From NCBI GenBank assembly GCA_036275235.1, contig DASUEE010000325.1, positions 1 to 37,262 of the forward strand: 37,262 nucleotides of DNA, given 5' to 3'. The position numbers and the translations under genes were made by a program. This document shows, in pieces, positions 10,166-18,946 of this stretch (position 1 is the stretch's first letter; each line of letters opens with the position of its first letter). The stretch is from Acidimicrobiales bacterium. GTDB taxonomy: Bacteria; Actinomycetota; Acidimicrobiia; Acidimicrobiales; Salinilacustritrichaceae. Under the pieces are notes generated by a model. That model worked only from the letters and a program-made list of their open reading frames with translations. It had not been told where the DNA came from and made no database searches.

Positions 10166-12178
10166 CGCCGGCGGCGGGAGGCGCACCCCACCCGGGAGCG
10201 GCACCGTGTGGGGCCCCGGGGGCGGCGGCGGGGCGAAGCCCACGACGGGCCGGTCGCGGTGGGCGAACGCCATCACGTCGTGCCAGATCAGCGCCGGGAT
10301 GCTGCCGCCGGTCACCCGGGCCAGCCCGTAGATCCCGCGCATGGGCACGTTGCCCTCGGGGAAGCCGACCCACACGGCCGCCGCCAGCTGCGGGGTGTGG
10401 CCCACCAGCCAGGCGTTGCCGTAGTCGTTCGACGTGCCGGTCTTCGCCGCCGCCGGTCGACCGAACGCCCCCCTGGTCGCCGTGCCGCGGAGGACGTTCT
10501 GCTCGAGCACGGCGGTGACCCACCGGGCGGTCTCGGGCCGGATCGCCTGCGGTCGGGCGGCCGGGTCCGGCGTCAGGTCGGCGATCAGGCGACCGGTGGC
10601 GTCGTGGATGGTGGACACCGGGGAGACCTGCACCCGCCGCCCATCCGCGGCGAAGCCGGCGTAGGCGGTGGCCATGTCGAGCGGCGAGGCCTCGTAGGAG
10701 CCGATGCCGATGCTCGGCCCCACCTGCGCCGGCAGCCCGCCGACCCCGAGCGACTCCGCCGTGTCCCGCACGGCCTTCGGGCCGATGGCCTCGGCGAGCA
10801 TCACGTAGGTCGTGTTGATCGACTGGATCGTGGCCTCGAAGAGGGTGAGCTGCCCGTAGCCCCGTTGGGTGAAGTTGTGCACCGGCTTCGGGTCCTCGAC
10901 GGTGGTGGGCAGGTAGGTCTCCGGCGCGCCGATCACCTGGTCGGGCACCACCCCCCGCTCGAGCGCGGCCGCCAGCACGAAGGGCTTGAACGACGAGCCG
11001 GGCTGGCGGCCGCTGCCCGCCCCCATGCCGCCCAGGGCGAGGTTCACCTGGGCCTCGTCGAAGCTGCGTCCCCCGACCAGCGCCTTCACGAAGCCGCTGC
11101 CGACGTCGACGACGGCGACGGCCGCCTCGGGGCCGGCGTCGTCCGGGAGGTGCTCCAGCACGGAGAGCCGAGTGACGAACTGCAGCTCGGGATCCAGCCC
11201 GGTGCGGATGGTGAGCCCGCCGCGGTACAGCTGGTCGGCTGGCACCTTCACGACGTCGAGCAGGTACCGGCGCACGTAGTCGAGGTAGTAGGGGAACCGC
11301 TCGGCGCGGTTCCGGCGGGGGAGCACCTCCGGCACGTGGCGCAGCGCCTCGTCGACCTCCGCCCGGGTCGCCTCGCCCGACTCGAGCAGGCGCTGCAGCA
11401 CGACCCGGCGTGCCTCCTCCGCCTCCGCCGGGTGGCGGCGCGGGTCCCGGTCCGACGGCGCCGGCAGGACGCCCACGAGCAGCGCCACCTCGTCGAGGGT
11501 CAGCTCGGACGCAGGACGGGCGAAGTACTCCTGGGCGGCGGCCTCGAAGCCGACGGCACCGTTGCCGAGGAAGACGGTGTTGACGTAGGCGGTGAGGATC
11601 TCGTCCTTCGAGAACCGCTCCTCGAGGTCGATGGCGACCTGGAGCTCCTCGAGCTTGCGCTCGAAGGTGTCGTCGTCTCCCGTGAACAGGTTCTTCGCCA
11701 GCTGCTGCGTGATCGTCGAACCGCCCTCCGCGATGCCGCCCTCCGATGCGTTGCGCACGAGCGCACGCGCGATCCCCCGGGGATCGAATCCCCGGTGGTC
11801 GCGGAAGGTCTGGTCCTCGGACGCGAGCAGCACCCGCTCGACGTTCGCGGGCACCTCGCCGACCGGGTACGGCTCGTGGCGGATCTCGTCGGCGAACCGG
11901 CCGACGACCTGCCCGCGGCTGTCGAGGACCACGGAGGGTCGGGAGGCGGTGACGTCGACCGCGGCACCGAGGTCGGCGATGGCGGCCACGTCCACCTCAG
12001 GGTCCGGGAGCTCCGGGGCGTTCTGGTCGACGACGAGCCCGAGGCCGAGCACCGCGGCGGACAGCACCGCCACGCCGAGCACGCCGACGCCGACGACCGT
12101 CGCGACCAGGGTGCCGACGGCGCCGACCCGCCGCTGCGGGGAGCGCAGCGTCGTCGACCCCGGAGCCACGACCCTCAC
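10151..12178 (-). CDS. Class A penicillin-binding protein (GT51 transglycosylase + transpeptidase)
   Basis: N-terminal TM; ASEDQTF..HRGFD, GGSTITQQLAKNL, RKLEE; SxxK (GSSFK), SxN (SIN), KTG; start GTG 12178 (GTGA overlap) or 12169. Confidence 0.92.
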   Translation of the reverse strand: MRVVAPGSTTLRSPQRRVGAVGTLVATVVGVGVLGVAVLSAAVLGLGLVVDQNAPELPDPEVDVAAIADLGAAVDVTASRPSVVLDSRGQVVGRFADEIRHEPYPVGEVPANVERVLLASEDQTFRDHRGFDPRGIARALVRNASEGGIAEGGSTITQQLAKNLFTGDDDTFERKLEELQVAIDLEERFSKDEILTAYVNTVFLGNGAVGFEAAAQEYFARPASELTLDEVALLVGVLPAPSDRDPRRHPAEAEEARRVVLQRLLESGEATRAEVDEALRHVPEVLPRRNRAERFPYYLDYVRRYLLDVVKVPADQLYRGGLTIRTGLDPELQFVTRLSVLEHLPDDAGPEAAVAVVDVGSGFVKALVGGRSFDEAQVNLALGGMGAGSGRQPGSSFKPFVLAAALERGVVPDQVIGAPETYLPTTVEDPKPVHNFTQRGYGQLTLFEATIQSINTTYVMLAEAIGPKAVRDTAESLGVGGLPAQVGPSIGIGSYEASPLDMATAYAGFAADGRRVQVSPVSTIHDATGRLIADLTPDPAARPQAIRPETARWVTAVLEQNVLRGTATRGAFGRPAAAKTGTSNDYGNAWLVGHTPQLAAAVWVGFPEGNVPMRGIYGLARVTGGSIPALIWHDVMAFAHRDRPVVGFAPPPPPGPHTVPLPGGVRLPPPALPPA

Positions 12179-12741
12179 TCCGTGAGCGCGGTGGACCACC
12201 GGCGGACCCACGACGAGACCCGGCCGCGCTGCTGGAGCGGTCCGGTCTCGACCGCGAGGCCGCCGAGCGCGTCGCTGGCGGCGTTGAACACGGCGGCGAG
12301 CGCGATCGTGCACAGCCACCCGAAGGCGCACAGGGCGGCGATGCCCCCGGCGACCAGGCGGAAGATCCCGCCGCCGTCGATCTCGAAGCGCTCCAGGCCG
12401 AGCGAGGTCGTCACCGTCTCCTCGAAGGACTCGACGAAGCCGAACGACTGGACGACGTTCCAGACCACGACGACGGTGGCCACCAGGACGAGGCCGAGCA
12501 GGACCCAGAACACCGCAGCGAGCTTGGCCACCGAGCCCAGGCGGACCCGCCGGATCTGCATGCCCCGCGGGGCGACGGGCCGGCTCGGCTGGATGGGCGC
12601 CCGCTCGACGTCGGCGGCTCCGGCCGCCCGGTCCGGCGCCTCCTCCTCCGGTGCGGCGGGCGCCCGCAGCGGGCGGGGTCCCGTGCGGGGGCGGACCGGG
12701 CTCTCGTCGGGCGTGCTTCGTGGTGCGTCGAGGAGGGTCAT
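12175..12741 (-). CDS. DUF3566-family membrane protein
   Basis: Disordered Pro/Arg N-terminus, then IRRVRLGSVAKL-TM1...TM2-VFNAASDALGGLAVE, matching the DUF3566 pattern; GAAGG upstream of ATG 12741. Confidence 0.72.
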   Translation of the reverse strand: MTLLDAPRSTPDESPVRPRTGPRPLRAPAAPEEEAPDRAAGAADVERAPIQPSRPVAPRGMQIRRVRLGSVAKLAAVFWVLLGLVLVATVVVVWNVVQSFGFVESFEETVTTSLGLERFEIDGGGIFRLVAGGIAALCAFGWLCTIALAAVFNAASDALGGLAVETGPLQQRGRVSSWVRRWSTALTE

Positions 12742-12859
12742 CGTGGTGCGGCCTTCGTGCGGTGTCGACGCGGCCGTACCCTGCCCCGCGACGAGGCGAG
12801 ACGCCGGTCGCCGCAAGCGTCACGAGATCGCAACACGGAACCGGACGAACCGGGACGAC

Positions 12860-12884
12860 CTCGTCGACAACGATTGTCGACGAG
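12860..12884. promoter_or_regulatory. Perfect 11-3-11 inverted repeat, probable operator of the adjacent Fur/PerR-family regulator
   Basis: CTCGTCGACAA-CGA-TTGTCGACGAG just upstream of a TATGGT -10-like hexamer (12898-12903) and the fur ATG. Confidence 0.65.
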
Positions 12885-12912
12885 CAAGCGTTGCGGCTAT
12901 GGTGGCCGGGCC

Positions 12913-13332
12913 ATGCGGTCCCCCTCCGAGCTCGCCGACGCCTTCCGGATCTCCGGACGCAAGCTCACCCCGCAGCGGGAGCGCATCTTCCGGATCCTGC
13001 ACGAGAACCCCACGCACCCCACCGCCGAGGCGGTGCACGCGCAGGTGGTCGCCGACATGCCGTCGGTGAGCCTGCGCACGGTGTACGCCACGCTGCACGA
13101 GCTGTCGGAGATGGGCGAGCTGGTCCAGCTCGACGTCGGCACCGGCTCCGCCCGCTTCGACCCCAACGTCGGGGAGCACCACCACCTCGTGTGCGACGCC
13201 TGCGGCCTCGTGCAGGACATCGACCTCGAGGTCCCCGCCTACGAGGACCGGGCGCAGCAGGCTGCCGGGTTCCGGGTCGAGGCCACCCAGGTCGTGCTCC
13301 GGGGTCGCTGCACCCGCTGCGGCGCCGGCTGA
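12913..13332 (+). CDS. Fur-family transcriptional regulator (PerR/FurA-like)
   Basis: KLTPQRERI, HPTAEAVH, SLRTVYATL, HHHLVCDACG, C-terminal CTRC. Confidence 0.93.
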   Translation: MRSPSELADAFRISGRKLTPQRERIFRILHENPTHPTAEAVHAQVVADMPSVSLRTVYATLHELSEMGELVQLDVGTGSARFDPNVGEHHHLVCDACGLVQDIDLEVPAYEDRAQQAAGFRVEATQVVLRGRCTRCGAG

Positions 13333-13384
13333 GACCCCCACCTCATCCATCCACCTGCAAGCAACCCATCCAAGGAGCGAACCC

Positions 13385-13804
<420 letters not shown>

Positions 13805-13843
13805 ACCCCGCCGGGCCCGCCCGGCGCTGAAGAGAACCTCGAA

Positions 13844-13871
13844 GGGGGCCGGGTGGACACGCCCGGCCCCT
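13844..13871 (+). terminator. GC-rich hairpin after rubrerythrin (attenuator or mRNA stabiliser; no U tract)
   Basis: GGGGGCCGGGTG-GACA-CGCCCGGCCCCT, about 12-bp stem with G-U pairs. Confidence 0.55.
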
Positions 13872-13908
13872 CGTCGTTCCACCCCGACCCCCACCCGGAG
13901 GCCGTCCC

Positions 13909-14508
13909 ATGAGCCGCAAGCTGACCCTCGACGACATCTCCGACCTGCGCGAGTACGAGCGCGAGCGCGAGGAGTTCCGCACCCACGTCATCGCGCTGAA
14001 GAAGCGCCGGCGGGTGGGCATCGGCCCGTTCGTGACCGTGGTCTTCGAGAACCGGGACACGATCCGGTTCCAGATCCAGGAGATGGCGCGGGTCGAGAAG
14101 CTCATCAGCGACGAGGCGATCGAGGGGGAGCTGCGGGCGTACAACCCGCTCGTGCCCGAGCCCGGCGAGCTGGCGTGCACCCTGTTCATCGAGCTCACCT
14201 CGGAGCTCGCGCTGCGCGAGTGGCTGCCCCGGCTGGTCGGCATCGAGCAGTCGCTCGAGCTGCGGATCGGCAGCGGCGAGGACCGCATCGTGGTCCCGTG
14301 CATCCCCGACGAGGAGCACGCCGAGCAGCTGACCCGCGACGAGATCACCGCCTCGGTCCACTACCTGCACTTCCGGCTCGACCCGGACCAGGTGGACGCG
14401 ATGGCCGACGGACCGGTGGAGCTGGCGGTCGTGCACCCGGAGTACGAGCACGCCACCTCGCTGTCCGAGGAGACCACGGCCGAGCTGCTCGCCGACCTGC
14501 GGCCCTGA
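13909..14508 (+). CDS. DUF3501 family protein
   Basis: [50 protein letters not shown]; known rubrerythrin neighbour; GGAGG RBS. Confidence 0.9.
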   Translation: MSRKLTLDDISDLREYEREREEFRTHVIALKKRRRVGIGPFVTVVFENRDTIRFQIQEMARVEKLISDEAIEGELRAYNPLVPEPGELACTLFIELTSELALREWLPRLVGIEQSLELRIGSGEDRIVVPCIPDEEHAEQLTRDEITASVHYLHFRLDPDQVDAMADGPVELAVVHPEYEHATSLSEETTAELLADLRP

Positions 14509-14537
14509 ACCGTACGTAGAGTAGTCCGAACGACCAC

Positions 14538-14566
14538 TTGCTGTGGTTCCGGTTTCTCTGTACTCT
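14538..14566 (+). promoter_or_regulatory. Housekeeping-sigma-type promoter for the bldC-like gene, probably leaderless
   Basis: TTGCTG (14538-14543), 17 bp, TACTCT (14561-14566), 7 nt, ATG 14574. Confidence 0.65.
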
Positions 14567-14573
14567 CCGGAGC

Positions 14574-14819
14574 ATGGTCGCTACGCGGAGTGAGATCGAG
14601 AGGCAGCGCCTGGTCAGCGAGCTGACCGGCGGCGACACCGTCCCCGCCGGCCGCCTGCTGCGCACGCGCGAGGTCGCGCTGCTGTTCGAGGTCTCGGAGC
14701 GGGCGGTCACCGACTGGGCGACGAAGGGTCGCATCCCGAGCATCCGGACGCCCGGTGGGCACCGCCGCTATCCGGCGGATGCCGTCGCCGGCCTGCTCGC
14801 CTCCGGCGGCGTGCACTGA
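14574..14819 (+). CDS. BldC-family MerR-type HTH DNA-binding protein
   Basis: [39 protein letters not shown] matches the BldC / HTH_17 signature (W..G....RT.GGHRRY). Confidence 0.82.
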   Translation: MVATRSEIERQRLVSELTGGDTVPAGRLLRTREVALLFEVSERAVTDWATKGRIPSIRTPGGHRRYPADAVAGLLASGGVH

Positions 14820-14925
14820 GCTGACCGGTCCGGCACTCCTTGCCTGCCCCGCGCAGGGGGTGCCAACCTGCGGCCGCCGGCCGGTCGGTCGGCGAACCGC
14901 CCCCCTGCCTGCCGGAGTCCCCCGC

Positions 14926-15156
14926 ATGAACACGAGCTGGGCCAGCCGCGCCGCCTGCCACGGGCTCGACCCGCGCCTCTTCTTCCCCGCCGAGGACGAC
15001 GATCCCGAGGTGGCGAAGGCGGTGTGCGCCCAGTGCGCCGTCCGCGAGCCCTGCCTGGAGTTCGCGCTCGGTGCGCGCGAGCGCGAAGGCGTCTGGGGCG
15101 GGTGCACGGAGGCGGAGCGCCGGCGGATCGCGCGCCGGCGCCGGCGGGCGTCCTGA
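14926..15156 (+). CDS. WhiB-family Fe-S transcriptional regulator
   Basis: Four Cys (AACHG, VCAQC, EPCLE), GVWGG turn, basic C-terminus; GGAG RBS. Confidence 0.93.
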   Translation: MNTSWASRAACHGLDPRLFFPAEDDDPEVAKAVCAQCAVREPCLEFALGAREREGVWGGCTEAERRRIARRRRRAS

Positions 15157-15157
15157 C

Positions 15158-16219
15158 GTGACCGCCGCGGCGACGCCCCCGGCGATCGACGCCGTCGGCG
15201 GCTGGCGCACCGTGCTCGGCGAGCTGACGGAGGGCCACGACCTCCCCGGCGCCTCGGCGGCCGCTGCGCTCGCCTCGATCCTCGCCGGCGAGGCCACCGA
15301 CGCCCAGATCGCGGCCTTCATCGTCGCGCTGCGGCTGAAGGGCGAGACCGTCGAGGAGGTGGCCGGGATGGTCGGGGCGATGCTCGACGCGGCCGCGCCG
15401 TTGGAGCTGCCGGAGGGGACCATCGACGTGGTCGGCACCGGCGGGTCGCCGCGACGGCGGATCAAGGCGCTCAACGTGTCGACCATGGCGTGCGTCGTGG
15501 CCGCCGCCGCCGGCGCCACGGTGTGCAAGCACGGCAACCTCAAGGCCTCGTCCACATCGGGGTCCTTCGACCTGCTCGGGGCACTCGGCGTCGGCTACGA
15601 CCTCGACGGCGCGGCGCTCGGCGCCGTCGTGCGCGAGGTCGGCCTCGGGTTCTGCTTCGCCCGGGCGTACCACCCGGCCATGCGCCACGCCGGACCCGTG
15701 CGAGCCGAGCTCGGCGTGCCGACGGTGTTCAACCTGCTCGGCCCGCTGTCCCACCCCGGGCGGGTGCGCCGGCAGGTGGTGGGCGTCGGCGACGCCCGCA
15801 GCCTCGACCTCGTGGCCGGCGCGCTCGCCGCCCGGGGTTCGCGGCACGCACTGGTGGTCCACGGCGACGGCTCGCTCGACGAGCTCGCGCTCACCGGCCC
15901 GACCGAGGTGCGCGAGGTCCGCGACGGCGAGGTGGTCGGCGCCTGGCAGGTGGTGCCGGGCGACGTGGGCCTCGACGCCGTCGAGGCCGAGCAGCTGCCC
16001 GGCGGCGATGCGGGCGCCAACGCCGAGATCGCCCGCCGGGTGCTCGGGGGCGACGCAGGCCCGGCCCGCGACATCGTGCTGCTGAACGCCGGGGCCGCCC
16101 TGCTCGTGGCCGGGGTCGCCCCCTCCCTGCCCGACGGGGTGGCGCAGGCGGCAGCCGCCGTCGACGACGGCCGGGCGGCGGCGAAGCTCGAGCAGGTCCG
16201 GCTCGCCACGCAGGCGTGA
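15158..16219 (+). CDS. trpD: Anthranilate phosphoribosyltransferase (variant motifs)
   Basis: QIAAFIVALRLKGET, DVVGTGG, NVST, KHGN..ASS, YHPAMRHAGPVRAELGVPTVFNLLGPL, LDE, LLNAGAAL. Confidence 0.88.
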   Translation: MTAAATPPAIDAVGGWRTVLGELTEGHDLPGASAAAALASILAGEATDAQIAAFIVALRLKGETVEEVAGMVGAMLDAAAPLELPEGTIDVVGTGGSPRRRIKALNVSTMACVVAAAAGATVCKHGNLKASSTSGSFDLLGALGVGYDLDGAALGAVVREVGLGFCFARAYHPAMRHAGPVRAELGVPTVFNLLGPLSHPGRVRRQVVGVGDARSLDLVAGALAARGSRHALVVHGDGSLDELALTGPTEVREVRDGEVVGAWQVVPGDVGLDAVEAEQLPGGDAGANAEIARRVLGGDAGPARDIVLLNAGAALLVAGVAPSLPDGVAQAAAAVDDGRAAAKLEQVRLATQA

Positions 16220-16235
16220 TCGTCGACGCCGGCGA

Positions 16236-16251
16236 TAACGGTCGTTACGAT
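16236..16251 (+). promoter_or_regulatory. Palindrome overlapping the -10 of the tetR gene (probable autoregulatory operator)
   Basis: TAACG-GT-CGTTA (16236-16247) overlapping TACGAT (16246-16251), 6 nt before ATG 16258. Confidence 0.55.
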
Positions 16252-16257
16252 CGGCTC

Positions 16258-16887
16258 ATGAGCGACGCGGTGGCGAGTGGTGGGGACCCGACGCGCGACC
16301 GGCTCATCGGGGCGGCTGCTGCGGTGTTCGCCGAGAAGGGCTACGACGGTGCCGGCGTGCAGGAGATCGCCCGCCGGGCGGGCTTCACCACCGGCGCGAT
16401 CTACGGTCGCTTCCGCGGAAAGGCCGAGCTCCTCCTCGCCGCCATCGAGGCGCACACCACGAACGAGCTCGAGCACCTCTTCGCCCAGCACCGCTCCGAC
16501 GGGCGGGTCACCGACATCCTGACCACCGTCGGCTCCCACCTGGTCACCGATCCCTTCGACGAGGGCCAGGCCCTGCTGCTGGAGGCCTTCGTCGCCGCCC
16601 GCCGCGATCCCGAGGTCGCCGAGCTCATGCGAGAGCTGGTGCAGCACCGCGCGGAGACCTTCGCCGCCCTCGTCGAGGACGCGAAGGCCAGCGGGCTGGT
16701 GGTGCCCGAGCTCGACACGGAGGCCGTGGTGCGCTTCTGCCACGCCGTCGGCTTCGGCTTCCTCCTGTTCGGGGCGATCGACCTCGAACAGCCCGCCGCC
16801 GCGCCCTGGGAGCAGCTCATCGGGCAGCTGGTGCGCGCGCTCGGCGATCCGGTGGCACCCCGGCCGGCGCCGGGCCCGGACCACTAG
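16258..16887 (+). CDS. TetR/AcrR-family transcriptional regulator
   Basis: TRDRLIGAAAAVFAEKGYDGAGVQEIARRAGFTTGAIYGRFRGKAELL HTH. Confidence 0.92.
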   Translation: MSDAVASGGDPTRDRLIGAAAAVFAEKGYDGAGVQEIARRAGFTTGAIYGRFRGKAELLLAAIEAHTTNELEHLFAQHRSDGRVTDILTTVGSHLVTDPFDEGQALLLEAFVAARRDPEVAELMRELVQHRAETFAALVEDAKASGLVVPELDTEAVVRFCHAVGFGFLLFGAIDLEQPAAAPWEQLIGQLVRALGDPVAPRPAPGPDH

Positions 16888-16890
16888 CGG

Positions 16891-18558
16891 TCACCGCGAC
16901 GACTCGCGCCCGGCGCGCAGCTCCGGCAGCCGGGGGAGCGGCGAGCACAGCGTGCCCTCGCAGTGCTCGATCTCGAGCCGGGCCGCGTTCTTGTCGAGCC
17001 AGCCGGCGAGGACCGTGAGCTCGTCGACGTCGGCGGGATCGACCGGCGCGAGGGCTGGCGGTCCGCTCCGGCAGGGATCGCCCGCGCCGGAGAGGAGCGA
17101 CGGGGCATCCGCCTCCTCGGTGTGGGCGAGGCGACCGTCCTCGATCACGGCGCGGTGCCGTCCGAGCCGCACCACGAGCCGACCCGCCTGCTGCACGAGC
17201 CCGAAGCGCCGGACCCGCCGGTGGGCGTCGACGAAGGCAGCGGCGCGGTCGCGCACGTCGGCGGCCTCCTCGTAGCGCTCGGCCGCGGCGAGCGCGTCCA
17301 TGCGGGCGACGAGCGGGTCGACCACGAGGTCGGGGTCGGTGGTCATCGCCCGCCGCACCCGGCCGGCGATCTCCGCGTACGCCCCCGCGTCGATCGCCCC
17401 CGCGCACGGGCACGTGCTGACGCCCAGCTGCGCCGGCGCGCAGGGGGCCTCGCGAGGCTGCCGTCCCGGGTCGGCCGTGCAGCGCCGCACCGGCAGCGCC
17501 GTCTCGACGGCATCGGCCACCTGCCGGGCGATCCGGGCCGAGGACAGCGGCCCGAGGTAGGTCGCGCCGTCGTCGCGCACCCGCTTCACGACGGAGAGCC
17601 GGGGGAACGCCTCGGCGGTGAGCTTCAGGTACGCGGCCTTGCTCCACGTCGTGCCCTGGCGGTTGTAGCGGGGGAGCAGCTCGTGGATCAGGCGGATCTC
17701 GGTGACGGCGGCCTCCAAGGGCGAGGCGGTGGCGATGTGGTCGATGCGCGCGGTCTCGCGGAGCAGCCCGCCGACCTTGCGGCGCGTGTCGGAGGAGAAG
17801 TAGCTGCGCACCCGGGCCCGCAGGTCGGAGGCCTTGCCGACGTAGAGCGCCCGGCCGGTGGCATCCCGGAACAGGTACACGCCGGGCGAGCGCGGGAGGC
17901 GGTCGGTGAGGGCGAGCTTGCGGGCCTGGGGGTGGGCGGCCGCGGTGGGCAGCTCGAGGAGGTCGTCGAGGGTGGCGACCCCGTAGCCAGCGGCGCGCTC
18001 CAGCAGGAGGTGCAGCAGGTCGGTGGTGGCCAGCGCGTCGTCGAGCGCCCGGTGGGTGGGCCGGTGGTCGAGGCGGAGGCGCTCGGCGAGCGTGCCGAGC
18101 CGGCAGTTCGGCACCTCCTCGCCGACGAGGCGACGGGCGAGCCCGCACGTGTCGACGGTGCGGTTCGAGAGGCGGGGCCGGTCGGCCCGGAGCAGGGCGG
18201 CGTCGAGGAAGGAGCGATCGAAGCGGGCGTTGTGGGCGACGAAGACCGCGTCCCCGAGGAACTCGAGGAGGCTCGGCAGCACCTGCTCGATGCGCGGCGC
18301 CGGCCGGACCATCGCGGTGGTCAGCCCGGTGAGCACCGTGATGGCCGGCGGGATGTCCCGGCCCGGGTCGACGAAGGTGTGGAAGGTCCCGAGCCACTCC
18401 CCGCCACGCACCTTCACCGCCCCGATCTCGCAGATCTGGTCGTCGACCGCCGAACCCCCGGTGGTCTCGAGGTCGAGCACGACGAAGGTGACGTCGATGA
18501 GCGGGGTGCCGAGGTCGTCGAGGCTCCGCTGCCCGTCCCGTTGCGTCATCACGACCAT
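16891..18558 (-). CDS. DEDDh exonuclease fused to a GIY-YIG (UvrC/Cho-like) endonuclease domain; Rv2191-like
   Basis: VVLDLETTG, AHNARFD, HRALDDA; PGVYLF..LYVGKASDLRARVRSYF; Cys cluster; UVR-like AERYEEAADVRDR; alternative ATG 18549. Confidence 0.9.
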   Translation of the reverse strand: MVVMTQRDGQRSLDDLGTPLIDVTFVVLDLETTGGSAVDDQICEIGAVKVRGGEWLGTFHTFVDPGRDIPPAITVLTGLTTAMVRPAPRIEQVLPSLLEFLGDAVFVAHNARFDRSFLDAALLRADRPRLSNRTVDTCGLARRLVGEEVPNCRLGTLAERLRLDHRPTHRALDDALATTDLLHLLLERAAGYGVATLDDLLELPTAAAHPQARKLALTDRLPRSPGVYLFRDATGRALYVGKASDLRARVRSYFSSDTRRKVGGLLRETARIDHIATASPLEAAVTEIRLIHELLPRYNRQGTTWSKAAYLKLTAEAFPRLSVVKRVRDDGATYLGPLSSARIARQVADAVETALPVRRCTADPGRQPREAPCAPAQLGVSTCPCAGAIDAGAYAEIAGRVRRAMTTDPDLVVDPLVARMDALAAAERYEEAADVRDRAAAFVDAHRRVRRFGLVQQAGRLVVRLGRHRAVIEDGRLAHTEEADAPSLLSGAGDPCRSGPPALAPVDPADVDELTVLAGWLDKNAARLEIEHCEGTLCSPLPRLPELRAGRESSR

Positions 18559-18573
18559 GGCCGGGGAGTGAAC

Positions 18574-18587
18574 CGAACAGGTGTTCG
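18574..18587. promoter_or_regulatory. LexA (SOS) box within the promoter of the DEDD/GIY-YIG gene
   Basis: CGAAC-AGGT-GTTCG fits the Gram-positive GAAC-N4-GTTC box; lies between minus-strand TTGACA (18595-18590) and TTCACT (18572-18567), 17-bp spacing. Confidence 0.85.
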
Positions 18588-18656
18588 CTTGTCAAGCGGG
18601 GTCCTCGGGCAAGCGCTGGATCCGGACCGCGAGCTGCCCATCGGTACGCTCGCCCC

Positions 18657-18869
18657 GTGACCAGCTCGCCCCGCCGCTACCGCTGCACGCGCTGCGGCAA
18701 CCTCACGCGCTTCGACGTGACCAGCACCCGGCGCACCCGCGCCTTCCACCACTACTCGGTGGGCGGGGAGCTCGACGTCGAGGACGAGGAGGTCCTGGAG
18801 GAGTCGGTCGAATCCGTCGAGTGCCGGTGGTGCGGCACCGGCGACGGGGTCGAGTCGCTCGACGACTGA
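18657..18869 (+). CDS. Small zinc-ribbon-like hypothetical protein
   Basis: CTRCGN...CRWCG pair with acidic linker; TACGCT -10 6 nt upstream of GTG. Confidence 0.8.
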   Translation: MTSSPRRYRCTRCGNLTRFDVTSTRRTRAFHHYSVGGELDVEDEEVLEESVESVECRWCGTGDGVESLDD

Positions 18870-18946
18870 GCGTCGCTGTCAGACCCCCTCCGTACCGTGC
18901 ACCACGTGGCCGGACCGCCGGCTGCCCGAGCGCCCACGGAGGGACC

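Noticed and set aside
10151-12823. 890-aa PBP with long N-terminus
   Set aside because: The extension overlaps the DUF3566 gene in another frame; real start is near 12178/12169
14830-14866. CIRCE-like arms CCGGCACTC...GGGTGCCAA upstream of whiB
   Set aside because: Spacer is 19 bp instead of 9, arms are imperfect and no chaperone gene follows; better explained as an RNA hairpin
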